A stretch of 20,000 nucleotides of DNA, from contig LVLI01000290.1 in the NCBI GenBank assembly GCA_001687465.1, positions 44,645 through 64,644 of the forward strand, given 5' to 3'. This DNA is from Halocafeteria seosinensis (lineage: Eukaryota). Shown in pieces: positions 1-14,519 of the stretch (within the stretch, counting starts at the first letter, position 1; each line of letters begins with the position of its first letter). The position numbers and the translations under genes are program-made. A model generated the notes under the pieces. That model ran no database searches. It saw only the letters and a program-made list of their open reading frames with translations, and was not told the DNA's origin.

Positions 1-486
1 TGACGCCACTATGCAGTTGTAACGCTAGAGAAGCAGCTAAAGAAGTACTCTAACTGAAAGCAACCTCATTAACTATCGGGTAAACTATAATACTGCGTGG
101 TTGTCATGACCCAGTTCATTTGAATTTGGAGTGAAACTTTTGTTTGCTTTGTTTTAGCAACGAAGGAATCTAACTCAGAGACTATACCTTCATGAGAATT
201 TACCAATAAACCTTGGCAAACGTGATCTGCGTCAATTTGGAGGTAGCTTTCAGCAGGATGGCTCCGGAAGACGCTCAGGAGCAATGCCGGTATCCATTTG
301 CCAATCTTTCTTCCAATTATGTTTCAGAACGCTACAGCAGACGGCCATACCTGTTTGTCAACGGGATGAAACGTCTTTTACCTATTTTCGTCGCAGTTTC
401 CACTAGGTGCAGTTCTCATACTGCTCTCTAACTCACTTCTTGAGATGACAACTGACAAGAATTAGAGATCCTTTGCCTGATTTCTA

Positions 487-2280
487 TCATTTCTCTCTCC
501 CCGCACTCTCCTTATCACAGGACGGCAATATTGGGAGGACTAAATTCTCTGCCGACGTGACACGCTTTGCAGATATCGTAGAGTCGATCATCATGTTTCC
601 GAATGCTACAGCACACAGCCACACCTGCTTGTCAACATAGTGTAAGCTCGCGTAAGGAGCCGGAGGCCTGCTCGGACAAGATGGTTGACGTACCTGGTTG
701 AAATAGAAATTCGGATTTCCCGCTAGAGTAGATAACCAGAGCCACTGGGTCGTTAGTTGAAGTGCCGATGTTGCCAGCATTACCAACATCAGCAAGGTGT
801 AACCCCTCGTCACTGCACGGACGCAGATGAGGCATAATTAACGTTGACAATTGGAGGTCAGAGTGTAAATTGCAGCGTGGCCTTACTTCTCCATGTTTCT
901 TCGTGACAGCACCAAAGCGCCATAGCCAAGCCGTAATCCGTAAATGTAGGAGTCGGTTGTAACAGGGAATAGCAGCCTACCATGCCACATAGCATGAGAT
1001 AGGGGTGTTTCCTGTTGAAATCCCAAAGGGGTACTTCTTAGAAGGAATCCTAGGTAAGCAAGGTTAACGAGAGAAGACATACCTGAAATGAATGAAAACT
1101 GGAAGGAGTAACATCCATGAATGGATAGCGAAATGCCGAACAAAATGCATCCGAAATCGATCGAAGGTGTCCTGAACAATATACCAGAATATGCTGCAGC
1201 TAGGCGTCGTGTCCAGCAGATTGTAGTTGGCGAAAGCATACTGGGAGGACCACTTTGCCAACGCATTTGGGAAGCTGACCTCTGTCTCACCCAGTTTCGT
1301 CATTATGCGTACACTAACTCCGATACATACACATGCCCCAACCAGCGCTACGAACACCATTCGAACCAGCTTTGAAATTTTGATTAGTAGATTCTTATCC
1401 CATTCACGGAGGAGGTTACCAGCACACCCGGCAATAGAATCCTTGGAAGGGGAAGTACCTACATGCCAGCCGAGACTGAAGGGATAGTAGCATGCAAATA
1501 CCGCAACGGCGGGAAGGAATAATAGTGAATACTGGACATTCACCAGGAGAGAGCCACTAAAAACCAATGCGGCAAAAGTCACATAGCCATAGAGAACACT
1601 AACAAGTGACCATAGGGGCAATACGTAGCTAACGGAGCGCATGGATTCAGCCAGACATCCTGTGATCGTGAAAGGGTTCCACAGCCACACTGCCAGGACA
1701 ATCGCAGGCATGTACACATGGGAGCTCTTCAGCCACAATGAGGAGACTGGAGCGATGGTCACTTTTTCTTGGGCGGTTAGCAAAGCCAGTCGATCTATCC
1801 GAAGTCTACTCTCTTGAGGGTTTATCCTTTTCGTGACACATATGAGTGCCAGTCCCACTAAGCAGTCAGCCACAACATGTACGAGGAACCAGAAATTCGT
1901 GATTCCATGCTCTTTCAACCAAGGGTGAAGCCCATGATATAGTTGGAGAATGGCTGGTGAAACCTGTATCTCTCTGTTCCCTTCGGCGTACGGGTCAATT
2001 CCCAGCTGTATCCGAGTTGCAGCTTCTTCTACTGCGTAAGACTCAGCATTACTCGATAAGACCACGACCATTCCTCGCTGCTAAAGCAAAAAGAAAACTT
2101 ACTCGCTCGACTGCTGGTCGTAGGATAGTTAACTGAATAGCTCTTGCTTAATCTAGCGACCCAGTCCGTTTGTAGAGAGAGGCCATATCTGGCTGCAATT
2201 CCCACGAGAAACACGAGTCCAACCAGCAGCAGACATAGGCTTCTTCCCCCTGTCTTGGGACTATTTTCGTTTCGCGCCAT
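487..2280 (-). CDS. PIGU: GPI transamidase subunit PIG-U (Gab1/CDC91 family), 5 exons
   Basis: Exons 2280-2103, 2031-1083, 1011-887, 812-694, 624-487, joined by GT-AG introns of 71, 71, 74 and 69 nt that keep one frame. The spliced product has PIG-U-like motifs: PTTSSRAIEEAATRIQLGIDPY, WLWNPFTITGC, TPSCSIFWY..DTFDRFR, RKHPY...QPTPTFTD, WLWLSTLAGNPNFYF. Multi-pass membrane profile. Confidence 0.9.
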
Positions 2281-2566
2281 TTCGTTTACCGCCTCCTTCC
2301 TTTGCAGAACAGTTACACTTAGTCTGACAATGCCATCGATCTCTCTGTGCCAGTACTGCCAGTGCACTGCTCCTCTCTCCATCGCGTCGTCAATGAATGA
2401 TCATTGTGAATGTCGTTGCTACGGTTTGTGAAGTTGCACTCCACTACCGTTAATGTTGACATTAAGTCCTACCAGGTAGTATAGAGCTCACGAGAACACA
2501 GCTTGTTGGATTTCTATGATTGTGCATGTGAGTGAGTTTTAGACGGTGGTGAAACTGAAGGGAGAA

Positions 2567-3701
2567 ATGGACTGGAAAAACTCGAAAACGCTGTTTGATA
2601 CGGTCTTTGACCGCGTGAAAATACAAGAGACTTTTACGGATGAATCAGGAAATCAAGAAATTGTCGAGCGAGTTCCTAGCTTAACCAGACTCCTCTATGT
2701 GGCGGACATCTCATACGGCAATGACAGTGGAGACGGAGGAGAATCGCAAGATCAACAAAGAGGTGCTTCCTCGGCCTCCACGTCGTCTCCAACCAAGGAG
2801 GGAGGTGAAGAAACAGCAGCGAATTCTGGGACACCATCCTCTATTTCACCCTCCCCTACTCCTTCCTCACCTTCGGCAACCTCTGGCCGACCGACTCCTT
2901 CTTCTACTGCGGGCAGGAAAAACTTTGATTTCTCGGAGAGAGCAGCCGGCTCACCTGAAAACGGAAGCCGCCTAGCGCAGAGCCACAGCCAAACGAATAC
3001 TGCGTCTGCTCCATCAGCCTCTCTTGTTTCATACGCTCACGAAAGAGTTATGGACATCCACAAAACATTTATTCAACAGTCTGCGTCAGATCCTGAAGAA
3101 GCTGAAAATATTGTGCGAGGGCTGATGTTGCTGCAGAATCAAACCATCCTGCACATTGTAGAAGCAGCTCCTGAGATAATCAATAACCTCTTTGAACATC
3201 TACAGACATATGCACAAGGTGAAGGTTCGTGTATATTGCGAAATATACGGATAATTGGGAAAATTGAAGACTGCCAACGGCCGCTCTTCCCTCGACCTCT
3301 GTTCCATGTCGTACAAATTGGAGGAGGAAGCAAGTTAGACTTGGATAATGCGGAAGATATTGTTCCCCACTGCAATGATTTGTTCTCGCGAATGCTCCAA
3401 ATTGGAAAGAAATGCCCTGACGAGCGCGAAAGCCAAAGCTCAGTGAATCAGTTCCTCGATAACTTGACTTCCGAATTCAGTGACACGTTACCACCGGATA
3501 AATTGGTGTTGGAATTTGCACGCTGCAACCAAGTACGTTTTACAGCTGTTTCTTTTGGTGTCCCTACAGCATTTACCGTCACCATGGTTCTTTCTGCAGG
3601 TGCTATCAATTGGCGAATACCTTGACTTATTCGCTAAACCGATTGACGTCGAATTACCCGAAGAGAGAGTTTGGCCCATCCCTCCTTCACTACCATATTG
3701 A
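2567..3701 (+). CDS. TEX47/C7orf62-like protein (BLUF-like fold), 2 exons
   Basis: Exons 2567-3532 and 3600-3701 (67-nt intron GTACGT...CTGCAG). Motifs LTRLLYVA, VRGLMLL..QTILHIVE and C-terminal LSIGEYLDLFAKPIDVELPEERVWP resemble the TEX47 family as I recall it. A long Ser/Pro/Thr-rich insert lies in the N-terminal part. Confidence 0.75.
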
Positions 3702-3722
3702 AACAAACAGACCCCAAACTTG

Positions 3723-5043
3723 TCAAATAGTCTTGTCTGCAAACTCAAAATCTGTTGGCGTTTCTATCTTTTCTACACCGGCGTATTTCTTAAGTTTGCT
3801 ACTGAACAGTGTAGGGAGTAACGCCACCAGCGAAATACAGAACAGCTTCAGAAACATCCAGAAATCAATAACCGGGTTGTCTGTGGAAAGCTGTACGACA
3901 AAACAGAAGAGTTGAAAGCAGGACGATCTTTCACTTGTTACTTGAAGGAATGCGTTTACCTGTTCCAGAATGCTTCCAGCATTCACCGTGATGAAGTTAT
4001 ACGGAAGCAGTCCAATTGACATAGATAGCCCAAAATAGTGTACTGGCACACCAACCTGCAAAATGCAATGTTATCGTGTGACACAAAAGACGATGCTTAT
4101 TTGTCCGCCAGGAAATGTAATAGACATCATAATGACGTACCCAATATGATGCCATATTAAGAAAGAAATTCGGTGTCGCCGGAAACAAGCGTAAAAATAA
4201 TAAGTAAAAGAAGAGAGTCCCTTCAGAATACGCTTGTTGCACTCTTGCTTGAAATCCCGTTACCTGGGCTTTAATCTTAGGTTGCCTTACGACAGGTCCA
4301 GCAAACATGCTGCTCAAGAGAAAGCAAAACGTTCCTCCTGGGAGAAACCATGGCAGAACACACTTCCGATGTATAGACGAATTGTCACTCGCAACAAGCT
4401 CCGACGACTTACCTAAAGCACAGAATATACTGGTTGCTAGCGTCCCCAGGACTGTACCGAACAGGACGCCCGCCGTGACATTCAGAATCAGGCTTCCAGG
4501 AATCGCAAACGTCTGCTTAAATGTGTACAGGACGACAAAGGCAAAAAACACCAGAGTTTGATGTTTCTCCACTCCTGCTCGAAGAATATGGGAGACGTCC
4601 TTCAATTCCTCCAAGTTCTTTGGCCAGTGCAGCTGTTTCGATTCTTCCTCGGAGAAACAAGTTGTACTGCAATAGATACACACAAGTTCATCACCCGTAC
4701 ACAATGACCAAAAAAACCAAACACTCTTGTTTTTTCCTCACATTGTGAATCGGCCAATAAGGAGCAGTATCGTCAAGGATCCGACGAAAACCAGAGCCAA
4801 ATACAGTATCGACAACTTCAAAGACTGCTCTGAAGCATGTTTCCACAGCTCTTTCCGATTGAGAATGCCCGGTAATACAGCCCCTGCTGGAGGGGAGGGA
4901 CCCTTGGACATTGGAGATGCTCTTCCCGAGGTTGAAAGGGAGGATAAACCAGTGTTTATGTGACTATGAGACTGAGAATGAATATCGTGAATACTGGCGC
5001 CTCCACGAGCTGCTCCAAATAAACACGATTCCGATTCATTCAT
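3723..5043 (-). CDS. TMEM41: TMEM41A/B-like VTT/DedA (SNARE-associated Golgi) membrane protein, 5 exons
   Basis: Exons 5043-4742, 4666-4413, 4337-4141, 4055-3960, 3890-3723 (introns 75, 75, 85, 69 nt). Motifs WPKNLEELK, YTFKQTFAIPGSLILNVTAGVLFG, YLLFLRLFPATPNFFLNMAS, IGLLPYNFITVNAGSIL. Confidence 0.92.
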
Positions 5044-5222
5044 GTCTGAGGAAAGATACTACACGCTACTAACGGTAGTCAGGTAGGTTATCGTGTGCAG
5101 ATGCAGCTATTATCCTATCAATCAGTCTAACAAAGCTATCACTGATAGACAATAAACTCTCAACTTCACAAAGCAGTCAGGTAGGATTGTGCGTATTACC
5201 CGGAATTTCGGGTCGGAAATAC

Positions 5223-6849
5223 CTAAAGTTCTTCCTTTCCAGAGTTCGAGGAAGATGATTTACTATCCGATTTGGTGGATGTCTTCTTTTTCTTCTTCTT
5301 GGAAGATATCTTCTTGGGACGGGCGCGTTTGGGTTCTTCCGATGAAGAGTCACCACCTTGTGCAGTATCTTGGCCAGCACCCTTCTGATCTGCAGTCGAG
5401 TCTGCGACAGGACTCGTATTTACCAAGCGAGGCATTTTAGGTAGTTCTTGTTGAGGGACATTTCCATCAAGTAGATCAAGAACAAAATGACGAATGGTGC
5501 CGCTATCGAAGGCGCCTTTCATTACCGAGTACCGCTTCTTCCTTGGATTGATCGCGACCACAGCGGGTGTGATGGGGATGTCGAAGACTTCGATGAACTC
5601 AGTCTGTGCTCCTCCTTCTAGTAGTGCAAAATTAATTGGCAAACGTTCTACCTGTACGTTACCGCCTCGGGCAGCTTCCTCCATATCACTCCGGACGTAA
5701 GCCCTATCCGCAGCCTGACTGAACGTAGACGCTTCTTCGTGATTGTTCACCTTCCCTATCCGGCTACTCGTTACGCCAATTAAACAAACTCCCCCTTTCT
5801 GCTCGCAGTATTTATCGAAATCTCCGATGGACCTTATCACCGGGGCAGTGAACGGGTCTACATGTTTGTCTATGAATGCAGCTAAATCGTTGTAGTTCAT
5901 CGCCCCATCGTACTTCTTCCAGCGATACGTCTGAGGAACGTCCTCTACTTTCGCGCTCTTTGACTTAAGTTCTTCCGGAGGAGCAGAGTCATATCCGGAA
6001 GGACCAACCAGTAACGTAGGGTACTCCGTCACTCCGAATGCTTTAGCCAACTTTTCCATATGGTTGGAGGCTTCACCAAACACCGCTCGGCGGTCATAGT
6101 CTAAGGACAACTTCTTGTACAGAGCACTAGCCCCAAGGTTTTTGGTAAATAGGAGGACGTGAGGAAGAGCAGGTCTGTCATCCAAGAACTCGCTCAATCG
6201 CCGTTCGTCAACAGTCCTCGACTGCAGATACACGGACTCTTGTGAACTTCTACTCGACTCAGTGTATACGTTGTACAATACTTACGAGGCTGGGCACAAA
6301 TGGTTTCAGCTGCTGCCACATGGTCTTTGCTCCATATTGAGATAGCTGTAGTAGTACCTGGGGAGGGACTGTCAATGCTTGGTCCAGCTTCTTGGGTCCG
6401 TATCCTGGTCACCAAAGCGAAGATACCGGTTATCAACTTGGACGTACACGTTGTTGATGCAGGTACCTACCGTAGATGAGCAATCCTGGGAGTGCAATCT
6501 GTTCTTGGGTGGCATTGAAGACCTCAAATAGATCCACGATTCGTTGGTAGTCGCCCTCACTATCCTCTACTGCCTCATTGAAATTAATTATTCCAAAGTT
6601 GACCAATCCTGCCACATTTCTCGCGGTTTTATCCAGCGTGTTCTGGATATTGATGCAATGGGGGCAGACATCCCCGGAGGCTGAAACATACACGAACGAA
6701 ACATCATCGTCCTCCAGTATCTGCTGATGGAACTTATCCCCTTGGATACGTGTTAAACTGCTTTGTTCGGGAGCATCTTCGGCGCCAGAACTTTCCATGG
6801 CAGCTACTACGAGGATAGCCGCTATAAGGGCTACTCCCACTCCTCTCAT
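5223..6849 (-). CDS. ER-luminal thioredoxin-fold / protein disulfide isomerase family protein, 3 exons
   Basis: Exons 6849-6471, 6404-6286, 6221-5223 (introns 66 and 64 nt). Hydrophobic N-terminal signal peptide, one CPHC motif, further Trx-like domains (VLLFT...LYKKLSLDY, FGVTEYPTLLV, PAVVAINPRKKRY), a Lys/Ser-rich tail and a C-terminal KEEL ER-retention-like signal. Confidence 0.85.
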
Positions 6850-7041
6850 TCCAGCCAAACTTTGCTGACACTAATATCACACTCTGCACTATTCTCTCCC
6901 GAGTTAATCCAAGTGCATAACTCTACAAAACCATCAAATCGGACGTATGGAGTGGATAGAACATTGAACTAGGACGGGGTTGTTGTTCACACACGTGTCG
7001 CATTAGTGTTCATACGTAGTATTTCTCCATACCACGGCATA

Positions 7042-9792
7042 ATGTGCCACGGGATAGCCTTGCCCGTCTTTACCATCGCCTTACTGGCGGCGCCCGTGCT
7101 ACTGTATGACATACATACTCCTCCTATGGCATCGTGGTGGAGAGCGTTGAAGGTACGACGCCCTCCATTGTCACGACAGGAAGAGACTATGCAGCGCTCA
7201 GGTGGAGAGAAGGGTGAAAGTACAGTCCCCAAGGGGGCGATAGACCCTCATGAGGGACTGGTCAATTTTGTACAGGTATGTAGAGAAGATGACGTTCTCC
7301 CCCCGTAGTTCAACTAAGGCTCTAGAGTTAGCTTTCGGAGGCAAATAATTGACTTGAGCTGAAATTGGTGTCCATTTTGTTGCAGATATCAGACCTTCAT
7401 ATCTCCAAGTATAACACAGAACGAAGCAAGCGGCTAAGCAGATGGTTCTCGAACGCTTTGCCCATGCTCCAACCAAAGTTCTTAATCGTTTCTGGCGACT
7501 TAACAGACGCGAACCGAATGATAACTATTGATGACCCTTTTGAAGCCCGTGGTCAAATCCCTGAAGAATGGATGCAATACCATGAGTTTATAAGCAAATA
7601 CGCAAAGAAATTACCGGTGTATGATATTCGGGGAAACCATGATGCTTTCAACGTTCCATCGTGGGACAATGACCACAAGAACTATTTTAAGCAGTACAGC
7701 TCCAGAGCAGATTCACGTGAGAGGCATTATAGGTTTGATTATAAAGATGACTATGGCTATGTGCATAGGTAAGCTTGAGGCCATCAATGAGTGTACCAAC
7801 TTCTTTTACTACGGCCCCCGAATTATGCTCCAGTTTTGTGTTCATCGACGCCGTGATTGAACCCGCTCCCACGCGTCACTTCTTTGGAGAGTTAAAACAA
7901 GCAGATCTTGATACGATGGAAGAGCTACTTGATAAAGCTCCGGTGCCTCATACGAAAACAGTCGTATCTCACTATCCGTATAATTCTATTCATAGTTATC
8001 ACACAAGCACTGCCGGGCGTTCACTTGAAGACATTTTGGAGCATTATGGGGTCATGTCTATGTTAAGTGGTCATTTACATCACCTGAGCTTCATTCCCCC
8101 CATGTATGCCCGTCACCCGTAAGTCGATATTTATGAGAATTCCGCGTCGCCGTCCTTGCTGATGGATCTTCTCTGCAATGGAACCTCCAGCGCTGGAACC
8201 CTGGAACTCGAGCTAGGAGACTTCAAATGGAATTCTATCTTCCGCATAGCCGCATTCGACAGAGGTAATTTCGCTTTCAAGGATGTTACTTTGAATAGTT
8301 TCCTTGCGAGACCAACGGTGCTCGTCACGTCTCCTGTGGATTGCCGATTCGGTACACCATTCGGAGCACCACTCTCTACAGTGATGGAAGAACATGGAGA
8401 AACGAGTATCCGGTTTATCATTTTCTCTTCAGAAACCATATCGTATGTATCATTCGATAGAAGCAGCTGCTACATTATCAGGAAGTAACGACAGTACCCT
8501 GAATTGACATCTGCAGTGGCGTGCAGGTGGAGATTGACTCAAGAGTGGTAGGAGCCTCGGGGAGTGGCGTCGACACTAAGACATCGGCCATCGGGGTTAA
8601 AGAGATACGGACTAGTCCATTGAGAGGAAAGGTTGAACAGAAACAGAAAAGTTCGCCATCGACTTCGAACGGTGGTGTTGTGTATGCTATGCCTTGGCCT
8701 AACAACGTTGAGCTCACAGATAACTGCGGTGTGATTAGCGTCAAAGTGTTGTATGCTAGCAAATACGTAAGTGTTTATGCTTGCAATTTTCGCGTATTCT
8801 ATTCTCTACATCGATATCCTGCACGCAGATAATGGAAGAAAGGATACGTTTCTGTAAAGACGGAACTATGCGTGAATTACCTTCGCGATTCCTGCAGTGG
8901 TACGTCAACCAGCAACACCAGCCTACAATGAGATAGGATCGACGGCAGTTCAATGTTTCGCTTCAGGTTCATGACCCGATCATTTCGAGATATTGTGGGG
9001 ACCATCGCTTCTTTTGCCACATTTTCCGTCACATATATGGGCCTAATTGGTGCTTGGATATTCAAGCTTCTGCTCGGCAGAGGATATTTCCAGGGACAAT
9101 TGCAGGAGAGTGGGAGAGCCGGTGTTCTAAATCTGACCACACTCAAATCAGCCGCGGTATCTTTCTTGTGCAAGATTTACGGTCCATATGTAGTATTTAT
9201 GAGCATATTTCCGAAATCGTTTTACTTGGTTCTCTACTCGTGCGTCCATACGGCCGTTGGCCCGTGGTTTTTTGGAAGACTATTTGACGGCGAATGGGCA
9301 GCGCTCTTTTCCTGGGGACATGTCACGTTCGATGGCACTGTTTTACCCCATTTAGATAGTGACATTTACATTTCCCAGATTATCGTCCTGGGTATGGCTC
9401 CTTTCCTACAGCTAATGTCCATGATTGCCGTGCGAGAACTCCGCTTATCTAATTGTGCTGTGAGACTAGATAATGATCGCATTTTTCTTAGGGCTACCAA
9501 GGATAAAGCAATCGTTGCCTCTGTATGGACGGACCAGGAAACGGCGCGTCCTCGAATTCTCGTATCGAAGGGCGATGTGCAAAGTCCCACCGGGATTTTC
9601 GGTATACCGTTACTGATCCTCCTCAGTTTAGTCTTTTTAGTTAATATGCGCTTTAACGCTGTATTTCATGGTCTGGAGGCTGCAATTTTAAGTCCGTTGT
9701 TTTGGTTGCTTTTCATTCAGTTAGTAGTTGCGATTAGGATGACATGCTGTGCCCCCTGGAGGAGGATTCAGACCCATCCGAAAGTGAAGTAA
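7042..9792 (+). CDS. TMEM62: TMEM62-like calcineurin-like metallophosphoesterase membrane protein, 7 exons
   Basis: Exons 7042-7275, 7386-7768, 7834-8118, 8191-8442, 8517-8766, 8829-8899, 8967-9792. Metallophosphoesterase motifs QISDLHIS, SGDLTDA, DIRGNHDAF, SHYP and LSGHLH, plus the TMEM62-like GTLELELGDFK and C-terminal TM region (VGPWFFG). The start codon is less certain. Confidence 0.9.
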
Positions 9793-10376
9793 TGGTTCTG
9801 CTTGGACACACTGCTGGAACCATGCAGCGAACAGATGAGACACCAGCATTGGGTGTAAGAGAGCCATGTTTTCTGCAGAAATACATAGCCATTTAGGTCA
9901 GCCCAGACCAGCGGTTGACGGACGAAGAAACAGCATTAAAAGCAAAGCCACGAAGCACAGCACTTCTCCGTGTAAACCCTTACGTTTTGCCCCCAGCACA
10001 GCGCTTCGGACAATTCGATGCAACGCCATACGCAAGCCCGCGTGCAAGTTGGTTAGATCGCGTACCACGCAAGTATACAGTTTCGTACCAGTGATACAGT
10101 CGATAAGAGCGTGCCTGATCTGATACATACATTTTTTTTTTGTCTAAAATCATACACTGAAATGTAGACTATTTCTTTCTTTCCTTTCGTTCGTCGTTGT
10201 TTCCTACCCGTACATTGCCACTCTCGTCTCTTCCTTCCTTCGTCTCGGAGATTGCTTCGCCTAAGCTGCCAGAGTTGAAGTTGCTGACAAAGATACCCCT
10301 AATACACACGCGTCTACCCTGTCGGCTTGTTGTCATCTCCACAAAAAAAAAGCAAGCAACTTTTGAGCATCAAAAA

Positions 10377-11866
10377 ATGAGTGCCCATAAACCGAGTGAA
10401 GCCGCTGTACGCGCATTCAATACGCATAAATGGGAGCTTACCCAGATCATGCTCCGGATCAAAGATCCGGCCAAAACTGTGCCCTTTTATCAGAATAATT
10501 TCGGTATGACGCTCGTTCATAAGCTGGACATGCCTTCGGCGAACTTCTCTCTGTATTTCCTGGCTACGTTGGATGAGGAGGAGAAGAAGGTAAGCCAAGT
10601 TCAGCTGAATCTTGTTTCTCTGGGGACGTCACGTGGGAAGCCTTGTGTCTCGTACAGAACTGGCCTGAAGCTGGTACAGATGAAAGCCGTACCGCAATGA
10701 AGGCCTGGGATGGATGTGTGCTCGAGTTAACCCACAACCATGGCACGGAAAATGATCCAGACTTCCAGTATCATAATGGCAACACGGAACCGAAGGGATT
10801 CGGACACATTGGATTCCTCACCGATGATGTGTATAAATCATGCGAAGCACTGGAAGCCGCGGGAGTGGAATTCCAGAAAAAACCAGATGATGGAAAAATG
10901 AAGGGCCTTGCTTTTGCAAAAGACCCCGATGGGTAAGCAAGCTTCTTCCCACTCTCCGTTCGGCCACTTCAGTGTGTTTCTTACCTTCCCTTGTGCGTGC
11001 AGATATTGGGTGGAAATCATTAAGCGTGAGCAGTCTCCTTATCAACCTTCTCCTCGCACTGGTTGGTCTCTTCAACAAGGTACGACAAAAACCCTTTGAC
11101 GGTCTCGTCACATGCTCAGACAGATACCGCCTGCAGGAATGATTCGCATTAAGGACCCTAAGGTCAGCGTTCCTTTCTACGAAAAACACTTCGGTATGCA
11201 CTACGGTACTACATCCTAAGTGCTAATGCTATTTCTGTCGACTGATCGATGCCCTTTGCAGCTATGACACTGATCTGCGAACGTCATTTCCCGGAAATGG
11301 GGTTCTCCCTGTACTTCCTGTCCCGGGAGCCTGAAGGTACTACAAATGTGTTTAGTTCTCCGTCTAGTAGTTACCCATGCTCAAGACTGATGCTGCGTGC
11401 AATTACAGGGAAAGAACTCCCAGACCCAAAGTCGGACGAGGGATGGAAATACTGCATGAGCATTCGTGGCACCGCTCTTGAATTGACCCAGTAAGTCGAA
11501 GTGCTTGGTGCAGCCGAGCTGGGTGACATATATTCCTCCTTTCCCACTGCTACAGTAACCATGGGTCTGAAAATGACGATTCTTTTACTGTAAACAATGG
11601 AAATGTTGAGCCTCACCGTGGTTTTGGGCATTTCGGCTTTTATTGCAATGATGTATATGCTGCCAGCGAACAACTTGAAAAGGAAGGGGTTGCGTTCCAG
11701 AAGCGTCCCGATGAGGGAAGAATGAAAGGACTTGCTTTCGCCAAAGGTTAGTTCCATTTCTATTGAATCCGACCATGTTGCGCTTTCGTATGAACTTTGG
11801 TGTGATGACATGCCAGACCCGGACGGCTACTGGTTGGAGTTGATTAGAAGAGATCCACCCAAGTAA
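10377..11866 (+). CDS. GLO1: Lactoylglutathione lyase (glyoxalase I), tandem two-domain monomeric type, 8 exons
   Basis: Exons 10377-10589, 10658-10932, 11003-11079, 11137-11193, 11262-11336, 11409-11490, 11556-11746, 11817-11866. Two copies of the motif set Q.M.RIKDP / FSLYFL / LELTHNHG.E / GFGH.G / [15 protein letters not shown]. Confidence 0.95.
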
Positions 11867-12006
11867 CAGCTTGGGATTCAAACCAAGGGGAGTCCCTCCA
11901 TTGGGCTGTAACGCCACATAGTTCAGACGGATGAAGAAAAGAAAATTAGAATGTACTCAATTGTGCCATTTAGTTCCCCTATGTATGTTAGGATAGCGTT
12001 AAGCAT

Positions 12007-13860
<1,854 letters not shown>

Positions 13861-14146
13861 CTTGGGTGGGAACTCTGAAACCAGGGATGAGGGCAGAAAT
13901 ACGCTTGATAGACGCCTTTCAGGTCTTATATAAACTTCAACTTGAGTTGTTTTTGGGGGGCAATGGGGGGCGCTTCAACAAATAACTCTATTGTACCAGG
14001 CGTTCGGTCACGAAAACACACAAGCGGTCCATTCAGTTTCGCACTAGACACTGCGTACAGTGGAAGCATTCGCGATGAGAATCATTCAATCAACCCCACT
14101 GGCAAAACGTATTCTGAGAACCTGAGGCCGTATTACAATCTCCGGA

Positions 14147-14180
14147 CCCCGGGCCCCTGACCCCCGACGCGGTCCCCCCC
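14147..14180 (-). other. G-quadruplex-type motif in the JmjC/LRR intergenic region
   Basis: Minus strand GGGGGGG-ACCGCGTC-GGGGG-TCA-GGGG-CCC-GGGG has four G-runs of at least 4 G, with loops of 8, 3 and 3 nt. Confidence 0.45.
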
Positions 14181-14519
14181 TAGCTGCTGACGACAATTCC
14201 ACTCTCCAACGGATCATAAACGATTTATCCTACCTGATCTAAGGGTGTGTCTTATTAATGGAAGTTGAAAAAGGTGAACTTTGCCCTACCAAACGACAAA
14301 ATCTGGTGGCTTATTAAGGAAAGTTGGTGAAAAGTTACCACCCTCGCTCTCTCAGGATTCCGCATCTGGTCCAAATACTCTGGGTAGTGTGAAGTACTTC
14401 ATTTATAGACCATAAAATGAAGGTACTTGTTACCAGGTCGGGTAAAAAACCAAACCCGAAACAGAAAGAAGCATCATTTCCCGAAAAGGATCTGGTTGGC
14501 AGTGTTTGCTTGCTCGAAA

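Noticed and set aside
1..486. Short ORFs 69-284 (-) and 213-431 (+)
   Set aside because: No ATG start, no recognisable motif and no consistent splice model. Left unannotated.
9793..10376. ORFs 9866-10123 and 9898-10128, or an snRNA ending at the T-run near 10132-10141
   Set aside because: No recognisable protein motif, and no match to U-snRNA, tRNA or snoRNA features I can identify.
10197..10376. N-terminal targeting extension of glyoxalase I
   Set aside because: It depends on a TTG start, with no in-frame ATG before 10377. It cannot be supported without transcript data.
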